Part shown: piece after piece, positions 17,972 to 27,008 of the stretch
Layout of the letters: every line of letters begins with the position of its first letter
Position numbering within the stretch: position 1 is the stretch's first letter
Assembly (NCBI GenBank): GCA_964459225.1
Contig: CAYWKB010000002.1
Span: forward strand, 2,016-66,015
Source of the DNA: an uncultured Candidatus Saccharibacteria bacterium
GTDB taxonomy: Bacteria; Patescibacteriota; Minisyncoccia; Phycocordibacterales; PALSA-1337
Length of the DNA: 64,000 nucleotides
Direction: 5' to 3'
Made by a program: the position numbers and the translations under genes
Notes under the pieces: model-generated
The model's input: the letters and a program-made list of their open reading frames with translations, nothing else
Database searches by the model: none
Told to the model about the DNA's origin: nothing

Positions 17972-19285
17972 TTATTGTGATAATAAATTGTCTATTCTGT
18001 TCATATCTCTTGGGAATAATGTTGCTTCTTTTACATTTGGGAGATTAAGCATACGTGCTGTGAGTCTTTCGAGCCCTGTTGATGAACCTCCATGCGGTGG
18101 CATACCGTATTTGAAGGCTTGAAGATAAAAACCGAACTTTTCTGGATCTAGTCCACGACTTTTCATCTTTTCGACTAATTCGTCATAATTATGTATTCTC
18201 TGACTTCCACTATTTATTTCTAAACCACGGAATAATAAGTCAAAACTCTTTGAAAATTCTTTATCCTTTTCATCTGCATATGTATAAAATGCTCTTTTTG
18301 ATGTTGGGAAATGTGTTATAAAAACAAAATCAGAATTATGCTCTTTTTTAGCCCATTCACATATTGCTTTTTCATGTTCTGGTTCTAGATCTGGTTCATG
18401 AGCTACTTTTAGTATATCTTGTGCTTCTCTTAGGGTAAGTACTGGAAATTTAGCTGGGACCAAAGGTAAATCAGTATTAAATTTCTTAAATACCTCAGAA
18501 TGATTTTCAATAACAGTTTTTGTTACATCTTTTAATACCTGTTCAAGTACTGCCATTGGTTCTGTATGATCCTTAATAAATCCCATTTCAAAGTCCATCT
18601 GAGTTATTTCACTCAAATGTCTTGTTGTTGCTGACTTTTCACCTCTAAATACTTTTGAAATGGTAAAAGCTCTTTCAAAAACACCTACCATTATTTGTTT
18701 ATAAAACTGAGGACTAGTAGCAAGAAATGCCTTGTGATCATAATAATAGTTAACCGAAAAGGCAGCAGCACCACCCTCCGCATCACCACCCACTAGCACT
18801 GGACTCATGAATTCCTTGAAACCTTGAGATTGAAGTGATTTCCTATATGAATCCAAGATAGTTGATTGCATAAGGAATATATCTCTTACCTTTTCATTTC
18901 TTAATGTTAGAGGAAGATTATTGAGATATGTGTCTAAGTTTAATTCAGCATTTTGATCAAATGGTAATTCTTTTGCACTACCTAATATTTCAATACCCAA
19001 AATCTCAAGTTCAATATCACCATTAACTTTATCTTTTTGAATATTTTTTTCTGGTCTTGCATTTACCTTACCATGCACCTTTACTACCCATTCAGGTCTT
19101 AACTTTACACCCACTTCATGAGCTTCTTTTGCATTTGGTAATATAACACCCTGTATCTTTCCAGTTATATCTCTGAATTCAAAAAATATAAGTTTCCCTT
19201 GATCACGTCTAATATCAACTGATCCAGAAATACTTACTTCGGTATTTAACTTTGATTTTAAGTCCTTTATATATGTTCGTTCCAT
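17972..19285 (-). CDS. aspS: Aspartyl-tRNA synthetase, archaeal/non-discriminating type
   Basis: OB-fold N-terminus, SPQFYKQ, FRGEKS..RHLSE, GMPPHGG..GLERL; 437 aa without a GAD domain. Confidence 0.92.
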   Translation of the reverse strand: MERTYIKDLKSKLNTEVSISGSVDIRRDQGKLIFFEFRDITGKIQGVILPNAKEAHEVGVKLRPEWVVKVHGKVNARPEKNIQKDKVNGDIELEILGIEILGSAKELPFDQNAELNLDTYLNNLPLTLRNEKVRDIFLMQSTILDSYRKSLQSQGFKEFMSPVLVGGDAEGGAAAFSVNYYYDHKAFLATSPQFYKQIMVGVFERAFTISKVFRGEKSATTRHLSEITQMDFEMGFIKDHTEPMAVLEQVLKDVTKTVIENHSEVFKKFNTDLPLVPAKFPVLTLREAQDILKVAHEPDLEPEHEKAICEWAKKEHNSDFVFITHFPTSKRAFYTYADEKDKEFSKSFDLLFRGLEINSGSQRIHNYDELVEKMKSRGLDPEKFGFYLQAFKYGMPPHGGSSTGLERLTARMLNLPNVKEATLFPRDMNRIDNLLSQ

Positions 19286-19320
19286 ACTTGTTTTATATCA
19301 TTTATTGATTAAATTTGCAC

Positions 19321-20271
19321 TTATAGTACCCCAATCGCTTTTTTGACTTGTTGCATCTTTTGATTTGCTATTTCATTTGCCTTAATTGCCCCTTTTTTCA
19401 AAACTTCATTAACATAATCCATATCCTTTGCTAGTTGTGCTCTTTTATCCCTCATTGGTTTGATAAATGCATCCAAATCATCAACTAATGCATCTTTTAG
19501 TATTTTATATTTACCCTTATTATTGTCATACAAATCTTTTAATTCACCTTCTGACTTTATTAGTTTATGAATATTATAAACATTTAATGGTATATCTCCA
19601 CTTGAATCAGTAACAATACTCATTACCGCCTTTTGTATTTCATCTCTATCAGCAAAAAGAGGTATGGTATTTTTGTAACTCTTTGACATCTTTTGACCAT
19701 CAATACCTGGAACGATTGCAACATCTTTTATTATCATCTCTTCAGGTAATTTAAATACTTCTCCGAAAAGATTATTGAACTTCTGTGCTGTATCACGAGT
19801 ATATTCAACATGCTGTTTTTGATCTTGTCCCACAGGTACTATATCAGTATCGTAAAGTAAAATATCAGATGCCATGAGCATAGGATAATTAAAAGTTCCT
19901 ACACTAATCTCTTTGTCTTTTGCTTCGGCATCTTTGTATGCATGTGCACGCATAAGATATGGCATGGTAGTTATAGTATCAAATATCCAAGCAAGCTCAG
20001 TATGTGCACTAACATCACTTTGTTTAAATAGCACTGATTTTTCAGGGTGAATACCAATGGCTAAATAATCTAGAGCAAGATTAATAGTATTTTGCTGCAT
20101 TTCATCTCTGTTTTGAATAAAATTCAAAGCATGATAATCAGCAATCATAAAAAACATATTTGCATCACTAAATTGCTTTTGCAAATCTACCCATTGCTTC
20201 ATAGCACCAAAATAGTTTCCGATATGAGCAGTACCGGTTGGTTTAACACCAGAAAATAATGTCTTTTTCAT
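19321..20271 (-). CDS. trpS: Tryptophanyl-tRNA synthetase
   Basis: HIGN, VPVGQDQKQH and KMSKS motifs. Confidence 0.97.
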   Translation of the reverse strand: MKKTLFSGVKPTGTAHIGNYFGAMKQWVDLQKQFSDANMFFMIADYHALNFIQNRDEMQQNTINLALDYLAIGIHPEKSVLFKQSDVSAHTELAWIFDTITTMPYLMRAHAYKDAEAKDKEISVGTFNYPMLMASDILLYDTDIVPVGQDQKQHVEYTRDTAQKFNNLFGEVFKLPEEMIIKDVAIVPGIDGQKMSKSYKNTIPLFADRDEIQKAVMSIVTDSSGDIPLNVYNIHKLIKSEGELKDLYDNNKGKYKILKDALVDDLDAFIKPMRDKRAQLAKDMDYVNEVLKKGAIKANEIANQKMQQVKKAIGVL

Positions 20272-20355
20272 GTTTACTATATTAACATAAAATTGAGGCA
20301 AATAAATAGGTGTTCATTTATTTATTCAATACAATTAAATATAACCCATTAATAT

Positions 20356-20384
20356 TTGACATGATTTCTTTATCGTGCTATTCT
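20356..20384 (+). promoter_or_regulatory. Sigma70 promoter of a cassette gene
   Basis: TTGACA-N17-TATTCT with TG extension. Confidence 0.65.
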
Positions 20385-20417
20385 TTAGATGGTAAATTTT
20401 CACAAAAAGGTCATTCT

Positions 20418-20561
20418 ATGATATATATACCTGCAGCGTGTGGTGCACTTGGTGTCTGTGGAGCAGTGGCATTTGCGATCTATGCAACGAAAAATCCATT
20501 TTGCCTACTAGGCCTTATTTTCCTTCTCACTATACATTTTCCTGGAGAAAAAAATAGGTAA
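20418..20561 (+). CDS. Small 2-TM membrane protein (47 aa)
   Basis: Hydrophobic hairpin between its own promoter and a terminator at about 20587-20615. Confidence 0.55.
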   Translation: MIYIPAACGALGVCGAVAFAIYATKNPFCLLGLIFLLTIHFPGEKNR

Positions 20562-20640
20562 TTATAGCCTACCAATGAAACAGATTACCCTCTGTCTTCG
20601 GATGGTGGGTTTTTTGTTATATGAGAATAAACCCTAACAC

Positions 20641-21051
20641 CTACATCTTCAAATACCCATCATTACTTGTCTCATCCATAGCATCAATTGACCGGTAATC
20701 AACAGTTATTTCTTCTCCTATTTGAATATCCCTAGTAGCAATAGTACAAATTTCTGCATCGCCGTCAGATAATTTCTCATCTTCTGCAATATTTGGACTA
20801 GTTGAATGATTCGTGAACCTTGTATTATCTATAGAATACACATACATACCACTCTTTTTTGAAAGATAAGCAAAATGAATTATTAAATCCTTCTGTAAAT
20901 CTGACATTTTTTCTACCTCATTTGGTTCAAAATAAATATCAAACTTCGGATTAAATTTCCAAGTCACAGTACCTTTTGAAATAAACTGATCTGCAAATAG
21001 TCCAATACCTTCAATTTTACTTTGACCTATCTTGGTTTTGACTACTAGCAT
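20641..21051 (-). CDS. SET-domain protein
   Basis: GIGLFA, RFTNHS.SPN and IQIGEEITVDY motifs. Confidence 0.92.
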   Translation of the reverse strand: MLVVKTKIGQSKIEGIGLFADQFISKGTVTWKFNPKFDIYFEPNEVEKMSDLQKDLIIHFAYLSKKSGMYVYSIDNTRFTNHSTSPNIAEDEKLSDGDAEICTIATRDIQIGEEITVDYRSIDAMDETSNDGYLKM

Positions 21052-21106
21052 TGGTTTATTGTAGCAGAATTTTTCCTAAATCTTAAACTCTATGAGACCT
21101 CCGTCT

Positions 21107-21331
21107 TTATAAAGTCAAAACCCCACCTCCGTTTTGCGAAGATGGGGTTTTAAGTGCACCTCCTAACCCAATGAGTAGGCCTCCTAGAGCCACAAGAACT
21201 ACTGCAACACTAAAGATTGTGAATGACTCGTCTGGATTTTTTGTGAAAACACCGTATATAAACGAGACAATACCCAAAAGCATTAGAATGGAGCCAATGA
21301 TGACTAGCAAGATAACTAAATTATTTATCAT
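21107..21331 (-). CDS. Small 2-TM membrane protein
   Basis: Two hydrophobic helices, AGGAG upstream, TTGACA on the minus strand near 21378. Confidence 0.6.
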   Translation of the reverse strand: MINNLVILLVIIGSILMLLGIVSFIYGVFTKNPDESFTIFSVAVVLVALGGLLIGLGGALKTPSSQNGGGVLTL

Positions 21332-21432
21332 AACTATTTCTCCTAAAATAACCTTAATAAATCATCTTTGTTTTGTCAATATAACTAAATCCTATACTCT
21401 ATATTATTTATCGATCTTTTTAATTAATTATC

Positions 21433-21538
21433 AACAAAAGTATTAGCTTATTACGGGTACGGAAATTCAGTGCTCTGAATTTCCTGAAGATCTCGCGCCG
21501 ACGCGCTCGATACCCCTACATAAGCTAATACTTTTGTT
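21433..21538. repeat. Long branched REP-like hairpin element 2
   Basis: 19-bp perfect outer stem AACAAAAGTATTAGCTTAT; inner GGGTA/TACCC, GGAAATTCAG/CTGAATTTCC and CGCG/CGCG arms. Confidence 0.8.
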
Positions 21539-21540
21539 AT

Positions 21541-22401
21541 TTATAACCCCTCCTTCTTCAACTCCTCAATTAATTTCTGTGCAGACTTTGATACTTTCCT
21601 AGGCATATTTACTTTTGTAACAATCAAAATATCACCTCTCTTTCCCCTACCATCTGGAACTCCTTTTCCTTTTATTCTTAATATTTCATTATGAGTAGTT
21701 CCTGCTGGGATTTTTAATTCAATCTTTCCATCAAGTGTTTCAATTTCGATAGTTGATCCCAAAAGTGCAGTTGTTAACTTTAAATCTAATTCCATTATGA
21801 GATTAAATCCTTCTTTTCTAAATATTTTATGATCTTCCACCCAAACTCTAACAATGAGATCACCCTTTCCTGCTGGACCATCTTCACCTTTTCCTTGAAC
21901 TCTTAATCCCTGACCATTTTCAATACCTGGCGGAATGGTTATAACTAATTTATCCCTATTTACTGTTATTTCTTTTTCAATTCCAAAAACTGATTCCTTA
22001 AATGTAAGCTGTACATCGATAGTTATATTTGCACCTCTTTTTGGTCTCCTACTTCCACCACCGAAAAATTCACCAAAAATATCACCCAAATCAAATTCAA
22101 ATGATTGACCATTTTGTCCTTGATATTGTCTTGCAAATCCAGAAAAATCAAAACCTCCCGCACCGAAACCACCTTGACCACCACCAAATCCCTGAGGACC
22201 AGCAGAACCAAATGTATCATATTGCTTGCGTTTATTGTCATCTGACAAAGTGGAGTATGCCTCGTTTATTTCCTTAAATTTAGCATCATTGCCGTTATTT
22301 TTATCAGGATGATGTTCATGAGCAAGCTTTCTAAAAGCTTTTTTTATATCGTCTTTTGAAGCGTTTTTATCAACGCCTAGTGTTTTATAATAGTCTTTCA
22401 T
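21541..22401 (-). CDS. dnaJ: DnaJ chaperone lacking the zinc-finger domain
   Basis: J domain HPD, G/F-rich region, C-terminal domain; no CxxCxGxG repeats; downstream of dnaK. Confidence 0.88.
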   Translation of the reverse strand: MKDYYKTLGVDKNASKDDIKKAFRKLAHEHHPDKNNGNDAKFKEINEAYSTLSDDNKRKQYDTFGSAGPQGFGGGQGGFGAGGFDFSGFARQYQGQNGQSFEFDLGDIFGEFFGGGSRRPKRGANITIDVQLTFKESVFGIEKEITVNRDKLVITIPPGIENGQGLRVQGKGEDGPAGKGDLIVRVWVEDHKIFRKEGFNLIMELDLKLTTALLGSTIEIETLDGKIELKIPAGTTHNEILRIKGKGVPDGRGKRGDILIVTKVNMPRKVSKSAQKLIEELKKEGL

Positions 22402-22440
22402 TGGAATTAAATAATAGCAGAATGAAAGGGTTTGTTTATA

Positions 22441-22468
22441 TTGACTTTATATATTTTTATGATATAAA
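22441..22468 (+). promoter_or_regulatory. Sigma70 promoter of a cassette gene
   Basis: TTGACT-N16-TATAAA with TG extension. Confidence 0.55.
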
Positions 22469-22505
22469 GTATGAAGACAAACACAGGCAATAAACCTTAG
22501 TTGTT

Positions 22506-22784
22506 ATGAGAGTAATATTTCAATATAACATTAAAAGATTAGGTCTTACCGCCAATTATCAAATGTCAATTCCGAATGACTACATACCAAGAAAGGGTAT
22601 GTACCTAGAATTCAGTAAACTTGGTATAAAGTTTAAAACAAGAAAAGTGCAGTACTATCGTGAAAACACCAGTGATAATTTCATTGCGGTTGCCGACATG
22701 ACATTAATCGATCAAGGGGGCAAAAACATTGATCAGATGTGTATGGTATTCGCTACATGCGGATGGAATGTTACTAGGCAATAG
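22506..22784 (+). CDS. Hypothetical protein (92 aa)
   Basis: ORF between its own promoter and terminator, antisense to dnaK/dnaJ. Confidence 0.65.
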   Translation: MRVIFQYNIKRLGLTANYQMSIPNDYIPRKGMYLEFSKLGIKFKTRKVQYYRENTSDNFIAVADMTLIDQGGKNIDQMCMVFATCGWNVTRQ

Positions 22785-22803
22785 AATTTCATACGTAACA
22801 CGA

Positions 22804-22834
22804 AAGCCGGTATCCTCTCGCAGGACACCGGCTT
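22804..22834. terminator. Terminator between the cassette gene and dnaK
   Basis: AAGCCGGT-TCCT..AGGA-ACCGGCTT stem. Confidence 0.75.
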
Positions 22835-22866
22835 CGATTTTTATATTTTATTTTTACTTTCTTTAT

Positions 22867-24768
22867 CTATTTCTTCTCCTTAAACTCCGCATCTTTTACA
22901 TCTCCTTCAGTACCCTTTTGCTCACCCGCCCCTCCTGTTGGTGGAGTTTGGCTTGCTTGTTCGGCTTGTGCTTTTGATAGTATTTCACCAATCTTTGAGA
23001 GTTCACTTGAGAGTGCTTCTGTAACCTTTTTTAATTGTGCCAAATCTGTACCTTCTTTTGCTGTCTTTACATCAACAATCTTGTCTTCAATTGATTTACG
23101 TAGATCTGCTGGAACTTTGTCTCCTGCATTCTTCAAAGACTTTTCTGAAGTATGTATGAGTTGTTCCGCCATGTTTTTTGCCTCTACCATTTCCTTTTTC
23201 TTGGCATCTTCGGCAGCATTCATTTCTGCATCTCTTTTCATTTTTTCTACTTCTTCTTTTGAAAGACCTGAACTTGCTGTGATTTTGATACTATTTGCCT
23301 TACCTGTTGCTTTATCTTTTGCTGTAACTGAAAGTATTCCGTTTGCATCTAGATCAAATGTCACCTCAACTTGTGGCATACCACGTGGAGCTGGAGCAAT
23401 ACCGTCCAATATAAACCTTCCCAATGACTTATTATCACTTGCCATTGCGCGTTCACCCTGTGTTATGTGAATTTCTACTGAGGTTTGATTATCAGCTGCT
23501 GTAGAGAATATTTGAGACTTTTGGGTAGGTATTGTTGTGTTCTTTTCTATTAATTTTGTTGCAACTCCTCCCATTGTTTCAATAGAAAGTGAAAGAGGGG
23601 TAACATCAAGAAGTAGCACTCCTTTAACATCTCCCGCCAATATTCCACCTTGTATAGCAGCGCCCACCGCAACCACTTCGTCTGGATTTACACCTAGATG
23701 CAATTCCTTTCCGAAGAAATCCTTAACAGCTTTTTGCATAGCTGGCATGCGTGTCTGTCCTCCGACTAATATCACTTCATTTATATCAGTAATTTTAAAT
23801 GGAGAAGCATTCATAGCCCGCTTTGTTATTTCCATTGCACGATCAATGAATTCTCTTGTTAGCTCCTCAAGCTTTGCTCTTGTCATTGTTACAAGTAAAT
23901 GCTTTGGGCCATCAGCACCTGAAGTTAGGAATGGAATATTAACTTCAGTTTGCATTGCTGTTGAAAGTTCAATCTTTGCTTTTTCTGCTGCTTCATCAAG
24001 TCTTTGTAATGCGAGCGCATCTTTTCTCACATCTATTCCCTCCTGCTTTTTGAATTCCTCTGCAAGCCAATTTATAATTTTCTGATCAATATCCTTACCT
24101 CCAAGATGTGCATCTCCGTCTGTTGATTTTACTTCTACAACATCATCCCCAACTTCGAGTACAGAAATATCAAATGTTCCTCCACCGAAGTCAAAGACTA
24201 CGATCTTTTCATCCTTTTTCTTATCGAATCCATAGGCAAGTGCTGCTGCTGTTGGTTCATTTATTATTCTTTTTACATCTAATCCTGCTATTTTACCTGC
24301 ATCCTTTGTTGCTTGTCTTTGTGCATCGTTAAAGTATGCTGGAACGGTAATAACTGCTTCAGTAACAGGTTCACCGAGACGTGCTTCTGCATCTGCTTTC
24401 ATTTTTCCTAGTATCATTGCAGAGATTTCTTCTGGTCTATACCATTTGTCACCCATTTTAACTTCAATTCCTCCTGATGCTGATTTTTGCATTTCAAAAG
24501 GCACTGATGATCTATCCTTTTGTACTGCTGGATCATCGAAATTGTGACCGATAAATCTCTTTATCTGATAAATTGTATTTTTTGGATTTGTAACTCCCTG
24601 ACGCTTTGCAAGAAGACCCACCATTCTTTCCCCTGTTTTTGATAGGGCGATAATAGATGGAGTAGTTCTCGCACCTTCTGCATTTTCTAATATTTTTGGA
24701 GTACCTGCTTCCATCACTGCAACTGCAGAGTTGGTAGTACCCAAGTCGATTCCTATTATTTTAGACAT
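22867..24768 (-). CDS. dnaK: Chaperone DnaK
   Basis: [32 protein letters not shown]. Confidence 0.99.
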   Translation of the reverse strand: MSKIIGIDLGTTNSAVAVMEAGTPKILENAEGARTTPSIIALSKTGERMVGLLAKRQGVTNPKNTIYQIKRFIGHNFDDPAVQKDRSSVPFEMQKSASGGIEVKMGDKWYRPEEISAMILGKMKADAEARLGEPVTEAVITVPAYFNDAQRQATKDAGKIAGLDVKRIINEPTAAALAYGFDKKKDEKIVVFDFGGGTFDISVLEVGDDVVEVKSTDGDAHLGGKDIDQKIINWLAEEFKKQEGIDVRKDALALQRLDEAAEKAKIELSTAMQTEVNIPFLTSGADGPKHLLVTMTRAKLEELTREFIDRAMEITKRAMNASPFKITDINEVILVGGQTRMPAMQKAVKDFFGKELHLGVNPDEVVAVGAAIQGGILAGDVKGVLLLDVTPLSLSIETMGGVATKLIEKNTTIPTQKSQIFSTAADNQTSVEIHITQGERAMASDNKSLGRFILDGIAPAPRGMPQVEVTFDLDANGILSVTAKDKATGKANSIKITASSGLSKEEVEKMKRDAEMNAAEDAKKKEMVEAKNMAEQLIHTSEKSLKNAGDKVPADLRKSIEDKIVDVKTAKEGTDLAQLKKVTEALSSELSKIGEILSKAQAEQASQTPPTGGAGEQKGTEGDVKDAEFKEKK

Positions 24769-24802
24769 GTGTTTTTTGTTAATTTCTTAATAATTTTAAA
24801 GC

Positions 24803-24831
24803 TTGACAAGTTAGTCATTAAGGTATATAAT
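24803..24831 (+). promoter_or_regulatory. Consensus sigma70 promoter
   Basis: TTGACA-N17-TATAAT. Confidence 0.8.
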
Positions 24832-24925
24832 ATTAACATATTAGATCATTAAGAAAAGTTGGATTGTGAGAGTAAGGAATCGCAAGGTAATCACGCTTTG
24901 TATCCTTTCAAACCACAATTCAATT

Positions 24926-25147
24926 ATGAGTTTTGAACAATTTCCCACACTCTTTAACGATGGAAAAGTGCGAATCTTCAAGAATCACTGCAATGAGATA
25001 TTTATTGAGGATTGTAAGACGAAAGCACAAATACGTCTTAATCAGCACCCACAAAATGGTCTACAGTTTACAGCTTCTTGCTGTGTCGTGGAACCGGAAG
25101 TGATTGGTCAAATGGTGGGCTGGAAAATCTATCAGCGAAAAAGGTAG
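24926..25147 (+). CDS. Hypothetical protein (73 aa)
   Basis: ORF MSFEQFPTLF.. between a consensus promoter and a terminator at 25178-25202. Confidence 0.65.
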   Translation: MSFEQFPTLFNDGKVRIFKNHCNEIFIEDCKTKAQIRLNQHPQNGLQFTASCCVVEPEVIGQMVGWKIYQRKR

Positions 25148-25263
25148 TGTCACTTTCGAGTGTTGTATGGAACCTCGAAAACTCGTAGCGATACGGGTTT
25201 TTCTTTTATCTAATTTGTTAATTTTAATGAACTAGAAACTTACTTAATAAAACCCACAGCAAA

Positions 25264-25566
25264 CTATAGAGCAATAGCCGGTGCCCTTGTTGGTTGACTC
25301 ATTAAGAATTCTAAAGAAAAATATGGAGATATTTTTTTAATAAAATTTGGAACAGTGTCTTCAACGATAACTTTTTCAGTATTTAAAATAGGTAAACAAA
25401 CTGCCTCTTTATTTTCAGAGACAATAGGAGTAATAGAAATAACTTGTGGTTGGAATTTACCATTGATTTCAACAACAGTAAAACGCACACGCATCAAAAC
25501 ACCGTTTTTATCGCGCAGTATTCTCTCAAAGATACTATTCAATTGTTTGTTCTGAATAGTTAACAT
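25264..25566 (-). CDS. Hypothetical protein ending in SQPTRAPAIAL
   Basis: 100-aa ORF with TACAAT about 12 nt upstream; divergent from the tmRNA-like RNA. Confidence 0.7.
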   Translation of the reverse strand: MLTIQNKQLNSIFERILRDKNGVLMRVRFTVVEINGKFQPQVISITPIVSENKEAVCLPILNTEKVIVEDTVPNFIKKISPYFSLEFLMSQPTRAPAIAL

Positions 25567-25736
25567 ACTAGTATTATATTGTATTTTATGATTTTGTCCA
25601 TTGATATATATGCCAGCTTTTATAGTATTCAGAAATGAAATCTTGATAAAATTTTCATTATTATTTTATCAAAATTTTATTTGGATTTTATCGAATAGTT
25701 ATATTATGTATTTACGAAAGATTAAAGTCTTTCGAT

Positions 25737-25805
25737 GGGCTCGGGATGGTTTCGATTAAATGCTTCATCAACATTTGATTATGGGTTCAATTCCCATCGA
25801 GTCCA
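25737..25805 (+). ncRNA. tmRNA tRNA-like domain without an mRNA-like domain (mini-tmRNA)
   Basis: Acceptor GGGCTCG/CGAGTCC with G3.U70 and A73; stemless D loop GGATGGTTTCGA; short P2 stem TTAAATG/CATTTGA with a 9-nt loop; T arm ATGGG-TTCAATT-CCCAT. Confidence 0.8.
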
Positions 25806-25813
25806 TTAAATAA

Positions 25814-25843
25814 TTGACAAATATAACAAATTAGAATTATAAT
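25814..25843 (+). promoter_or_regulatory. Consensus sigma70 promoter
   Basis: TTGACA-N18-TATAAT. Confidence 0.7.
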
Positions 25844-25849
25844 TAATAT

Positions 25850-25913
25850 GTCGTTAATCGACTGGTGGACAGAGCAACTAGATGAAATAAAACCCCTTTA
25901 TCGGGGTTTTATT
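25850..25913 (+). ncRNA. Putative ~60-nt sRNA
   Basis: Between a consensus promoter and the AATAAAACCCC/GGGGTTTTATT hairpin; 5' GTCG/CGAC stem. Confidence 0.4.
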
Positions 25914-26454
25914 ATTTCTTCTCCCCCACCTTAACCTTCGGTGCCTTTAACACTTTTCCATTCAATTCATAACCCTTCTGAACAACTGTAGTAACTAGAT
26001 TACTTTCCTTACCATCTTCTATCGCCTCATCTCTCATTGGATCAAATGCTTTTCCTATTGGATCTATTTCCTTTAAACCGAAATCATTTAAAACCTTCAA
26101 TAATTGATTTGAAATATACTCTATACCTACTCTCCAGTTTTTATCTACCTTTTCCCATACCTCTTTATTCCCCATTGCCATATTGAAACTATCAAGAACT
26201 GGTATTAATTCACTAATTAGATTTTCATTTGAAAAACGCGCAAAATCCTTTTGTGCTTCTTGATCACGTTTACGTGCATTTATAAATTCTGCTTTATCTT
26301 TCTGCCAAGAATTCAGATATTCTTGTTTTTCTGCAATTGCTTGCTTTAATTTTTCTTTAAGATTTTTTATTGCATCCTGTGAATTTTCTTCTACAATTAC
26401 AGAATCATCAATATTTTCATCCTTTTCAATTTTAATATCATTATCTTCGTTCAT
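25912..26454 (-). CDS. grpE: Nucleotide exchange factor GrpE
   Basis: AEFINARKR, LIPVLDSF, FDPM..EAI, VQKGYELNGKVLKAPKVKV. Confidence 0.95.
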   Translation of the reverse strand: MNEDNDIKIEKDENIDDSVIVEENSQDAIKNLKEKLKQAIAEKQEYLNSWQKDKAEFINARKRDQEAQKDFARFSNENLISELIPVLDSFNMAMGNKEVWEKVDKNWRVGIEYISNQLLKVLNDFGLKEIDPIGKAFDPMRDEAIEDGKESNLVTTVVQKGYELNGKVLKAPKVKVGEKK

Positions 26455-26485
26455 ATATAGATTATATTATATAAACTTATATTGT

Positions 26486-26582
26486 GTAAAATCTAGGTTC
26501 GACACGGTGAGGAAGACTTTTATTTTGAGCTTGCTCACAAATAAAAGTGCTTACGAACGCAAGTCGGCGAACCAGATTTTAC
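26486..26582. repeat. Long REP-like hairpin element 3
   Basis: Outer GTAAAATCT(A)GGTTCG/CGAACCAGATTTTAC; inner ACTTTTATTT/AAATAAAAGT and TGAGC/GCTCA. Confidence 0.78.
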
Positions 26583-26584
26583 TA

Positions 26585-26998
26585 TTATCTCTTAGACCAC
26601 TGAGGTGACTTACGAGCCTTCTTCAATCCGAACTTACGTCTTTCCTTTGCTCTTGGATCTCTCTTTAGGAATCCTGCCTTTTTTAGTTTTCCTCTTAGCT
26701 CTTTATCCCAGTCTATAAGTGCACGTGCTATACCATGTCTTACTGATTCTGCTTGACCGTTTATACCACCACCCTTTACAACAACTGTTATTTTAAATTT
26801 TGTCTCTGTTAAATTAGATTTTGTATATGCTTCATATACTGTTTCGATTAATTCTTTAACAAGAAAATAATCTTCAACAGTTTTGCCATTTATATCATAT
26901 GACATCTTTGCGCTTGGAGTTATACGAACACGAGCTGTAGAAGTCTTTCTACGTCCTATAGCTTCAATGTATTTATCTGTTGTTTTGATTGCTGTCAT
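26585..26998 (-). CDS. rpsI: 30S ribosomal protein S9
   Basis: GRRKTSTARV, GGGINGQA, KARKSPQWSKR. Confidence 0.98.
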   Translation of the reverse strand: MTAIKTTDKYIEAIGRRKTSTARVRITPSAKMSYDINGKTVEDYFLVKELIETVYEAYTKSNLTETKFKITVVVKGGGINGQAESVRHGIARALIDWDKELRGKLKKAGFLKRDPRAKERRKFGLKKARKSPQWSKR

Positions 26999-27008
26999 AT
27001 TAATAAAA

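Noticed and set aside
25737-25805. Ordinary tRNA (Met-like or suppressor, from the CTTCATCAA loop)
   Set aside because: No proper D-stem, no U8, and a 9-nt loop; the GGTTTCGA loop with G3.U70 fits tmRNA better.
25848-25934. 28-aa ORF MSLIDWWTEQ..
   Set aside because: The ATG is only 4 nt after the -10 box, and the ORF runs through the terminator into grpE antisense.
24769-26485. CIRCE/HrcA operator for the chaperone genes
   Set aside because: No TTAGCACTC-N9-GAGTGCTAA match was seen upstream of grpE or dnaK.
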